From NCBI GenBank assembly GCA_016699265.1, contig CP064967.1, positions 1 to 32,000 on the forward strand: a stretch of 32,000 bases of DNA, given 5' to 3'. The stretch comes from Candidatus Saccharimonadota bacterium. GTDB lineage: Bacteria > Patescibacteriota > Microgenomatia > UBA1406 > GWC2-37-13. This document shows positions 16,477 to 24,211 of the stretch, in pieces (within the stretch, counting starts at the first letter, position 1; every line of letters starts with the position of its first letter). The notes below the pieces were generated by a model. That model was not told the origin of the DNA. It saw nothing but the letters and a program-made list of their open reading frames with translations, and did not search any database. A program made the translations under genes and the position numbers.

Positions 16477-17373
16477 TTAGGTAATGAGGAGAATGCCAAA
16501 CACCGTGAAAATGGCAAGTATAAACTTCTTGATTAAGGTAGACCTTCGGATATCCTCCTTAAATATTTTAGGAAACTTTTTTGTAAGAAACCAACCATAA
16601 AGGACACCGAACAGCACCTGTGTTCCTCCAAGAACGCTGACCTGCGCCGTTGGACCAAGTGAATATGCGTAATATGTAACTGACTTTGCGATTACGAAGA
16701 TTACTTCATTTACAAAAACAATAAAAATAATCTTAAGACCAGCGGTTTGTACAGTTTTGTGGAAGGCGCGTCTTTTTTTTGGGAAAAAAAGGTAAAGGAT
16801 AAGTCCTCCAACTCCAATTCCCCAACTTTCGTAACTTAAGATCTCGGTGAAGGAGTTGGCGTTAATCGCAAGTGTAACTAAGACCGCCGCAACGGCCCAA
16901 AAAGCATCAGCTATCAATACGAGTATTAGAGCTTTGTTAAGTCGGAATCGTGCACCACCTGTTTTTTTAAGAGCATACGTTGTGGCCGCTAAAATTATTA
17001 AAAAACCAAATCCCTGAACGGTAGTGAGTGACTCATGAAGAAAAATAATAGAAAGTACAAGCACCATCAGAGGGATAGCCTGAAAAAATAGGACGACATT
17101 ACTGGCTTCTTCTGAGGACAGAGCTTTAAAATAAAAAACAGTCCCCCAAATGGTAAAGACACCGCTCAATATGAGAATGAGAGCATCGAATGGTTGGAGA
17201 ATGGGGTAGTTGGACAAAGCCCAAAATAATAACCCAATGACAAATCCTGTGATAGATCCGAAGATTGGCATTGCCGAGTAGTCCTTAATTTTACGACTAA
17301 TGATGTATTTATCGATGAAGTTAATAATTACATAGATGGCAGGTCCAAGAAGTGCGAAGAATAACCAATTCAT
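16477..17373 (-). CDS. EamA/DMT-family transporter
   Basis: 298 aa. About 10 TM segments arranged as two similar halves. TATACT (complement of 17380-17385) lies 6 nt upstream of the ATG. Confidence 0.6.
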   Translation of the reverse strand: MNWLFFALLGPAIYVIINFIDKYIISRKIKDYSAMPIFGSITGFVIGLLFWALSNYPILQPFDALILILSGVFTIWGTVFYFKALSSEEASNVVLFFQAIPLMVLVLSIIFLHESLTTVQGFGFLIILAATTYALKKTGGARFRLNKALILVLIADAFWAVAAVLVTLAINANSFTEILSYESWGIGVGGLILYLFFPKKRRAFHKTVQTAGLKIIFIVFVNEVIFVIAKSVTYYAYSLGPTAQVSVLGGTQVLFGVLYGWFLTKKFPKIFKEDIRRSTLIKKFILAIFTVFGILLIT

Positions 17374-17430
17374 TCAGCTAGTATACAAGCCTCTTGCTTG
17401 ACTAACAATAAACAAGTATTCTAACTACAT

Positions 17431-18243
17431 ATGCATCTGGTCCGCAAGCATTGGCAGTCGCAGATTGTGGTACTTTACTTTTTGGGTTTCCTCATATGGT
17501 GGACACTCGTAACTATGGGTGAGCAACCAGGGAGCATATATCATCAGTCCTTTGCGGCTTTATACGGACTTATTGCTATCTGGGGAGGAATCTGGGGTCT
17601 TGTTGCAGCAAAGAAGTGGGGAGGCCTCTCAAGTATTATGGGGAAAGCTCTTACTGCATTTTCCCTAGGACTATTTGCACAGGAATTCGGGCAACTGTCG
17701 TACTCATATTACATCTACTATCTTCATCAGGAAGTGCCATATCCTTCAATCGGAGATTTAGGTTATTTTGTCAGCATTCCACTCTACATCATCGGAACAT
17801 GGCATCTACTCCATGCCTCAGGAGCTAAGGTTAGTGTACGTACATTACGTAACAAGGTCGTTGCAATAATTATTCCAGTTGTCATGTTGGTAGCATCCTA
17901 TGCGTTTTTTCTAAAGGGTTATCAGATAGATTCTTCTCAACCTCTCAAACTTTTTCTTGATTTTGGTTACCCACTCGGTGAGGCAATTTATGTTTCTATA
18001 GCTCTCCTAACTTATGTACTCTCCAGACATTCATTAGGTGGCATTGTGCGCTCAAGAATAATTTTTATTCTCTTTGCTATGTTTATCCAATACTGCGCAG
18101 ATTTCATGTTTTTGTTTCAAGCTCAATATCAGACATGGTATGCGGGTGGGGTTAATGATCTTGTATATTTTGCAGCATACGTGGCGTTGTCGCTTGCTCT
18201 GATGGAGTTTGATATTCTTGGAAAAAAACTTGCACAAAAATAA
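17431..18243 (+). CDS. polytopic membrane protein, unknown function
   Basis: 270 aa, 7-8 hydrophobic segments. First gene of a co-directional string ending in the histidine kinase. Confidence 0.55.
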   Translation: MHLVRKHWQSQIVVLYFLGFLIWWTLVTMGEQPGSIYHQSFAALYGLIAIWGGIWGLVAAKKWGGLSSIMGKALTAFSLGLFAQEFGQLSYSYYIYYLHQEVPYPSIGDLGYFVSIPLYIIGTWHLLHASGAKVSVRTLRNKVVAIIIPVVMLVASYAFFLKGYQIDSSQPLKLFLDFGYPLGEAIYVSIALLTYVLSRHSLGGIVRSRIIFILFAMFIQYCADFMFLFQAQYQTWYAGGVNDLVYFAAYVALSLALMEFDILGKKLAQK

Positions 18244-18244
18244 T

Positions 18245-18532
18245 ATGAGTACTACCATCTTTTCAAAGTTGATTATTCGCATAATTCAAGCCCAAGAAGG
18301 TATCATCGGGCCGATCGCCCTTGAACAAGCACAAAAAGTCTCAGGACTTAATGTCGACTGGAAACAGAAAGAAGTGGAGATTAGCGGAGATGAAAAAAGC
18401 GTTGTCGACGGTCTTATCCAACAGTATAAACAGCTTTTTGGACAGTCATCTGTTGAGTTCTGCAAAGAGGCGGTCAAGGAGCTGATTGGCGAGATTCCCT
18501 CCGATCAAAGGCCTTCATTGCTCTTACCCTAA
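18245..18532 (+). CDS. small soluble protein, unknown function
   Basis: 95 aa from the ATG 2 nt after the preceding stop (the ORF is open from 18209). No motif recognised. Confidence 0.45.
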   Translation: MSTTIFSKLIIRIIQAQEGIIGPIALEQAQKVSGLNVDWKQKEVEISGDEKSVVDGLIQQYKQLFGQSSVEFCKEAVKELIGEIPSDQRPSLLLP

Positions 18533-18591
18533 ACTGCTTAATTTTTTTGCAGAGAAACATATAGGGTTCAACATATGACATAATGATTTTT

Positions 18592-19977
18592 ATGTCTACA
18601 ATTTCTGGTACTGTTACATCCCCGAGCAATGGCAGTGATCTAAGTCACATCAATGAGGAGATCTACAAAAAAAATGCCGAGCTTGCTGGGAAGAATAAAG
18701 TTCTGCAACTTCTACGCAAAATCGATGAAATAGTACTTAGCACTATCACCGATCCAAAACAGATTGGCGAGCAGGTAACAGAGTTAATTGTGCAGGAGAT
18801 TGGGTTTAGGTGTGTGGGGATATTTAAACTTCAAAACGGGATACTTGAAAACATAGGATTAGGGCTTTCGGGAGAGATTCAAGAACAAGAAAGAAAATTG
18901 AAAGATTTGTTCAGAGACAATGCCCTTGTAGCAGTTGAGAGTGCGGATAATCTCATTGTGAAGGCGACTAATGAAAAACAAAAGAAGGTTACCAAGTATC
19001 TGTTTGACGTACTTCATCCAATGACCGATATGAACGATGCTTCCCTCATACAATCTACACTGCATATAAAAACAGCCATTGTCTTTCCTATGATAGTGAG
19101 AGATGACCTGCTTGGTGCGCTCATGATATTACTTAGTGAGGATGAAGAGGCAATCACCCGACTAAAAGGCGATGTTATGGAGAGACTTGCGGGCGTAATT
19201 GGTATCGCACTTGATAACGCGCTGCTTTACAAAGAGACTCAGGAGGCAAACATAAAACTCAAGCAGCTTGATAAATTAAAGGATGAGTTTGTTTCAATAG
19301 CGTCTCATGAACTTAGAACGCCAATGACAATTGTTCGTTCATATCTTTGGATGTTAATGCAGGCTCAAAATGGTGCTCTAAGCGAAAAGCAAAAACTATA
19401 TGTTGATAGAGCGTATGGATCTACGGTTCGATTAATCCACCTCATAAACGATATGCTTGATACTTCTCGGATTGACTCTGGAAGAGTGGTGATAAATCTC
19501 GAACCCATCGATATGGCGTCACTTGTTCAGGAAATTGTGTCCGAAACTCAGACAAGAGCTGAACAACTCGGACTTACCTTGCAGATGGAGAGTCGAGCGT
19601 TACCAAAGGTAATGGCAGATCGTGAAAAAATTAGAGAGGTGATAGTTAATCTGGTTGGAAACTCTATGAAGTTTACGTCAAAAGGTGGCACTATTCTTAT
19701 CAAATTCGAGATTGGAGAAGATATGGTAACCACGAAGGTGGTAGATACGGGAATGGGATTTACTAAGGAGTATGAGGGAATGCTATTCCAAAAATTCGGT
19801 TTCATTAAAACTTCATACCAGATGAACAAGAGCGATAATGGAGGTACGGGTCTTGGACTATACATCTGTAAATCGATCTTAGATATGCATGGAGGGTCTA
19901 TAAGCGCAATGTCACAAGGACCCAACAAAGGATCGGTATTTAGCTTTACACTAAAACAATATCATGAGACGAAATAA
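18592..19977 (+). CDS. cytoplasmic GAF-domain sensor histidine kinase
   Basis: H box SHELRTPMT, N box NLVGNSMKFT, G boxes DTGMGF and GGTGLGLYICK. No TM segment. GAF-like region upstream of the H box. Alternative ATG at 18583; 18592 is preferred because CATAAT (18579-18584) lies 7 nt upstream. Confidence 0.85.
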   Translation: MSTISGTVTSPSNGSDLSHINEEIYKKNAELAGKNKVLQLLRKIDEIVLSTITDPKQIGEQVTELIVQEIGFRCVGIFKLQNGILENIGLGLSGEIQEQERKLKDLFRDNALVAVESADNLIVKATNEKQKKVTKYLFDVLHPMTDMNDASLIQSTLHIKTAIVFPMIVRDDLLGALMILLSEDEEAITRLKGDVMERLAGVIGIALDNALLYKETQEANIKLKQLDKLKDEFVSIASHELRTPMTIVRSYLWMLMQAQNGALSEKQKLYVDRAYGSTVRLIHLINDMLDTSRIDSGRVVINLEPIDMASLVQEIVSETQTRAEQLGLTLQMESRALPKVMADREKIREVIVNLVGNSMKFTSKGGTILIKFEIGEDMVTTKVVDTGMGFTKEYEGMLFQKFGFIKTSYQMNKSDNGGTGLGLYICKSILDMHGGSISAMSQGPNKGSVFSFTLKQYHETK

Positions 19978-20509
19978 GTGGTCGAAATTAGAGCTCGCCT
20001 CACTAGAGCTAAAAAAAATCAATAAACTCATTTGGCGAAGTGGGTACTCAATTCCAGAGCTTCTGGTAGTTATGGTAATCATAGGAGGGCTGTTCTTTTT
20101 GGGAAGCGATACGCTATTTGCTCCACAGCGCAAGAATACCTCTGAGACAACGATAAACACATTACTTGCAGAGATATCTAATCAGCAAAATAAAAGCATG
20201 AGTGGAGATATAGGATCTGGAACTGTGCAAAATAGCTATGGACTTTACTTCACATCTACAAGCTACACTACATTTAGAGGAACAGTGTACTCTGGCGGGA
20301 ACAGCACAAACTTCACAACTACGTTGCATCCTGATCTGAGATTTAGCACGATTGATCTTCCAAGCTCGCAGATAATTTTTGCCACATCGAGTGGATCGAT
20401 TCAAGGATATTCAGCATCCCACAACTCGGTTGTCTTGCAGGATTCAGTAGGAAGCGTCACTAAAACACTACGATTTAATCAATATGGAGTTGTGGAAAGC
20501 GTTCAGTAA
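19964..20509 (+). CDS. minor pilin / pseudopilin-like protein with a 27-aa leader
   Basis: Class III signal: ...IWRSG then YSIPELLVVMVIIGGLFFL, with Gly at -1 and Glu at +5. Overlaps the kinase stop by 14 nt. Confidence 0.7.
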   Translation: MRRNKWSKLELASLELKKINKLIWRSGYSIPELLVVMVIIGGLFFLGSDTLFAPQRKNTSETTINTLLAEISNQQNKSMSGDIGSGTVQNSYGLYFTSTSYTTFRGTVYSGGNSTNFTTTLHPDLRFSTIDLPSSQIIFATSSGSIQGYSASHNSVVLQDSVGSVTKTLRFNQYGVVESVQ

Positions 20510-20510
20510 A

Positions 20511-20608
20511 CGTATCTCGTATAACGTATATCGTATGAAAAAAACTCGAAAAAAAATGTCAAAACAAATAGTGGATACGGTATACCAAATACGAAATGCG
20601 GTATACGA
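20511..20608 (+). repeat. pilin-leader module: 4 CGTATNN heptads (covering the ATG), an A-rich spacer, 5 NATACGN heptads
   Basis: CGTATCT CGTATAA CGTATAT CGTATGA (20511-20538). GATACGG TATACCA AATACGA AATGCGG TATACGA (20574-20608). Confidence 0.85.
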
Positions 20609-23519
20609 AAAGGGTCAGATGCTCGTTGAACTGATTCTTGTAATGGGACTATTCGCTCTATTAATACCGGCTTTGTCTGAAGGGTTTCTTTCTACGCGTG
20701 ATGGAAAAGCACAGCAAAGCCAAAGAATAAATGCCGTAGCTTTTTTACAAGAGGCAAAAGAAGCGGTTAGGGTAATTAGAGAGAGTGGGTGGGTAAATGT
20801 CTCCACAGACGGAATGTATCATCCTGCAGTTTCAGGATCAACATGGTCACTTGTATCGGGCACGGAAACTATCGCGGGCCTGACTCGAAGTATAACGATT
20901 AGTAGCGTGCAGAGGAATGCTTCTGGAGCAATTGTGACCACTGGTGGTTCGGTTGATCCATCTACAAAAAAGGTAGACGTTATCGTAAGTTGGACACAAC
21001 CAAGATCCTCATCGATTACAGCAAGCCTGTATCTAACTAGATATCTCGATAATGGAGCATTTATACAAACGACACAAGCAGAGTTCGATACGGGAACCAA
21101 GACAAATACAGCTACAACGAATACGAGCGGAGGTGAGGTTCAGATGTCGAATAATAACAAAGCGAAGTGGTGCTCCCCAGCTTTTTCTTCAGGTACGATT
21201 GATCTTCCTGATGGCCCGCCAGTAGCCGTATCTGCTACCGCAAGTGCATCGGTGAATAACCCGAATGATGTGGTTGCCGTTGTGGCACCATTTGCTACAA
21301 CCTCGGCAAAGATGGCTCATGTTCGAGTCACGGCAAATACAGATCCACCATCGTCAACTCTTCGTGGAACCTTTACTCTTGACGCGAGTAAGTACAGTGA
21401 TGCAGGTTACGTACCGTCCGGTATAGATCTGACCAATAGTTTCAAAACCAATGATGTGCAAACATACACATCCTCCAGTGGAAAAAAATATGCACTCATC
21501 GCTACAGACCTTCCAGATCATGAAGTCGTTGCCGTGCTGTATGACGATGGAAATGCAGCGAATGATACCGACGCATCTGGTGAATTTGCAGATCCCGTTA
21601 GCAAGATTTATAAATACTGGACTTTTTTTAATACCACCATATATAGCGCGACCGATACTGGGATGAGAAGTCCCTCTGCAAACAGCGTAGATACTGGTGG
21701 AGACGGAAATGGATTTGAATCAAACCCTACACGGGCATACTCGATCAACAATTCCTTTGCGGTGGACACTAATAGTGGAAGTGGAACGGGTACGAGCTGT
21801 ACTGGGTCGGATAAAGATAGGCACCGATACTACAACTATAGCCTAAGTATACCTTCAGGTGCTGCAATACAAGGAGTTGAGGTGCGACTCGACTCGAAGG
21901 CTGACAGCAGTACTGGTAATCCTCAGCACTGTGTCCAGCTTTCTTGGGATGGCGGATCTAACTGGACTACGGCAAAGACGACGAGCACACTCGCCACCGG
22001 AACGTCTACCTTTACCCTTGGTGGATCGGCAGATACATGGGGTAGGTCATGGAGCGATACCCAATTCTCAAATGCCAACTTTCGAGTTCGAGTAATTAAT
22101 GTAGCGAGTAATATTTCAAGAGATTTTTCGCTCGATTATGTAGGTGTAAAGGTGTCTTATAGCGGAGGAACATCTCCAACCAACGATCAGTCACCATTTG
22201 GGTATGGAGCTACTTCCTTAACCGTTATGCAGGATAAAGGCTATGTTGCCTCAGGTGGCTATTTGTACGTCATGGATCTGAGCAATATTGACAGTAAATC
22301 GCCAACAAATGGACTTGATGTTGTTGGATGTAGGATTGAGGTTGATGGTTATGAATGTAAGCCAGCCGATGGCACCGATAGAAAATATGCATCGGGCGAG
22401 ACCGGTACTTCATGGAGTGATACGACAACTCCCGCCCATGCCAGCACCTGCGCAGATGGAGGAAATATTGAGCTATACGCAACGAATGATGTCTTTCCCG
22501 TATATTCGGGTGGTAGGACATATATTTATGCTGCCGTTGGTGCTGGTACAAATCCTGAATTCGATATAGTCGATGCTACCGACGTTCCCAATTCATCAAG
22601 CAGTCCCGCAGTTAGTAGTAGTTCATGCGGGCGTTCCTCCGGTGGAAACAGCGGATGGAAGAAAGTGGGATCATTCGATTTTAACACCGCATCAGGGACT
22701 GAAGAAGCAGCGAACTCTGTTTTTGCTAAGTCGGATGGAACTAGAGCCTACGTTTCTTCAAACGGAGGTGCTGACAGTAAACAGTTTTACATTTTGAATA
22801 CGACTACCAAAACAGCTCCAACCTTCCTATCAGGTGCGAATAATGGCACAGGTCCAGCAACGGGCTATTACAACGCTGCCGGTGCGGATGGTGAGATGTA
22901 TCCAAGAAGATCGATGACTGTACTAAATGGTCAAAGAGTCGTATTGGTCGGTAAAGATGGGATCACTAATGGAACCGATGCTCAGGAGTACCAGGTTCTT
23001 AATAGTGAAACAGAAGCAACGCCAACATACTGTGGGGGTCTCAACTTTGATCAAGGATTTAATGATCTCACATCTGTTTCAGAGGCTGATTATGACAATT
23101 TTGTATATATGGTCGCCAATACTAACTTAAATGAGCTTAAGATTATTCAAGGAGGACCGGATGGAACGTACAACGCAAACGGAACCTTTGAGTCGCCAAC
23201 CTTTGATCCTGGATTTAATGCAACCTTTAACCGATTTTTTTCGACGACAACAATTCCGGCGTTGACCAACGTGCAGTACCAATTTGCTACTGCCGATCCC
23301 ATCTCAGGAAGTTGTTCTGGAGTGAGCTTTAATTTTCTCGGACCTGATGGAACGGCAAGCACATACTATACCCCATCTGGAAGCCCCGTTCTACTTGATG
23401 ATGACGGATCGGGGTATGAGAATCCTGGTCGTTGTTTTAGATATAAGGCTTTTTTTGACTCGACCGATCAAAATCAGACAGCTGTGATTCAGGATATGAC
23501 CGTTAACTATTCACCATAA
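20535..23519 (+). CDS. giant pilin-fusion surface protein (about 994 aa): prepilin-type N-terminus plus a large Ser/Thr/Gly/Asn-rich extracellular region with propeller-like repeats
   Basis: Leader MKKTRKK...YQIRNAVYEKG, then QMLVELILVMGLFALL with Glu at +5. A pseudopilin-like globular start follows (VDVIVSW). Repeats such as YVASGGYLYVMDLSNIDSKSP and YIYAAVGAGTNPEFDIVDATDV resemble LVIVD-type blades. The ORF is open from 20484, but the MKKT start parallels the paralog at 24138. Confidence 0.75.
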   Translation: MKKTRKKMSKQIVDTVYQIRNAVYEKGQMLVELILVMGLFALLIPALSEGFLSTRDGKAQQSQRINAVAFLQEAKEAVRVIRESGWVNVSTDGMYHPAVSGSTWSLVSGTETIAGLTRSITISSVQRNASGAIVTTGGSVDPSTKKVDVIVSWTQPRSSSITASLYLTRYLDNGAFIQTTQAEFDTGTKTNTATTNTSGGEVQMSNNNKAKWCSPAFSSGTIDLPDGPPVAVSATASASVNNPNDVVAVVAPFATTSAKMAHVRVTANTDPPSSTLRGTFTLDASKYSDAGYVPSGIDLTNSFKTNDVQTYTSSSGKKYALIATDLPDHEVVAVLYDDGNAANDTDASGEFADPVSKIYKYWTFFNTTIYSATDTGMRSPSANSVDTGGDGNGFESNPTRAYSINNSFAVDTNSGSGTGTSCTGSDKDRHRYYNYSLSIPSGAAIQGVEVRLDSKADSSTGNPQHCVQLSWDGGSNWTTAKTTSTLATGTSTFTLGGSADTWGRSWSDTQFSNANFRVRVINVASNISRDFSLDYVGVKVSYSGGTSPTNDQSPFGYGATSLTVMQDKGYVASGGYLYVMDLSNIDSKSPTNGLDVVGCRIEVDGYECKPADGTDRKYASGETGTSWSDTTTPAHASTCADGGNIELYATNDVFPVYSGGRTYIYAAVGAGTNPEFDIVDATDVPNSSSSPAVSSSSCGRSSGGNSGWKKVGSFDFNTASGTEEAANSVFAKSDGTRAYVSSNGGADSKQFYILNTTTKTAPTFLSGANNGTGPATGYYNAAGADGEMYPRRSMTVLNGQRVVLVGKDGITNGTDAQEYQVLNSETEATPTYCGGLNFDQGFNDLTSVSEADYDNFVYMVANTNLNELKIIQGGPDGTYNANGTFESPTFDPGFNATFNRFFSTTTIPALTNVQYQFATADPISGSCSGVSFNFLGPDGTASTYYTPSGSPVLLDDDGSGYENPGRCFRYKAFFDSTDQNQTAVIQDMTVNYSP

Positions 23520-23626
23520 AGCTTAGAACTCGAAACATAGAATTTGGAACTTAAGAATACTATGACAAAAATAACAAACACTTTTTCAATAAACGCAGCC
23601 ACAGCAAGTTCTATGTTCCACGCTCT

Positions 23627-24094
23627 ATGAATAAAGGCACAACTCTCATCGAAATTATTATCTACATGGGTATTTTTGGAATTATTCTTATTGTCTTGTC
23701 TAATTTCTTTATCTCTACGATTGAGATAAAGCGAGAATCCGAGGCTGTTTCATACACGGCACAGGATGTGCGATTTTTGCTACAACGTCTAACGTATGAC
23801 ATCAAGAATGCTACCTCGATTACTACGCCAGCCACACTTGGAGCTCAAGGGTCCGTGTTGACCGCTGTGGTTAACGGAGTTACAAACACCTATACATTAA
23901 CAGGAACGAATCTAACCCTAAACGGTGTTCAGCTCAACGGTTACAATACAAACATAAGTAACCTTTCATTTCAGCGCCTTGGAAACAACGGAGGTAAACA
24001 CTCTATTAAGATAGCTCTTACCGTAACGGGTAAGGTGCGGAAAGCTAGTGGCCTAGAAGTAGCGATTGTACAGACAGCAGTTGCGTTGCGGTAG
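23627..24094 (+). CDS. minor pilin / pseudopilin (PulJ/PilW-like) with a short leader
   Basis: MNKG then TTLIEIIIYMGIFGIILIV, with Gly at -1 and Glu at +5. 155 aa. Confidence 0.75.
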   Translation: MNKGTTLIEIIIYMGIFGIILIVLSNFFISTIEIKRESEAVSYTAQDVRFLLQRLTYDIKNATSITTPATLGAQGSVLTAVVNGVTNTYTLTGTNLTLNGVQLNGYNTNISNLSFQRLGNNGGKHSIKIALTVTGKVRKASGLEVAIVQTAVALR

Positions 24095-24211
24095 GTTAGT
24101 ATTTCGCCTGCCTGCCGGCAGGTATAACGTATAGCATATGAAAAAAACAAAACAAAAAAGAAACAGGATCTTACCTAGTACTAAATACCAAATACGAGAT
24201 ACGGCATACGA
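24095..24211 (+). repeat. pilin-leader module: TAGTATTTCG, GC hairpin, CGTAT-like heptads at the ATG, A-rich spacer, 4 NATACGN heptads
   Basis: GCCTGCCTGCCGGCAGGTAT (24106-24125). GGTATAA CGTATAG CATATGA (24121-24141). AATACCA AATACGA GATACGG CATACGA (24184-24211). Confidence 0.85.

Noticed and set aside
23562-23630. 22-codon ORF (MTKITNTFSINAATASSMFHAL) whose stop overlaps the pseudopilin start as ATGA
   Set aside because: It is too short, with no SD, no promoter and no recognisable signal peptide. An ATGA overlap can arise by chance in AT-rich spacers. It would only be worth revisiting if ribosome profiling or conservation supports it.
14505-24211. The heptad repeats and 20-nt repeat as a CRISPR array or as transposon ends
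   Set aside because: The repeats are 7 nt, tandem and without spacers, and the 20-mer occurs only twice, 9.6 kb apart in direct orientation. There are no cas, transposase or integrase genes in the window and no target-site duplications.
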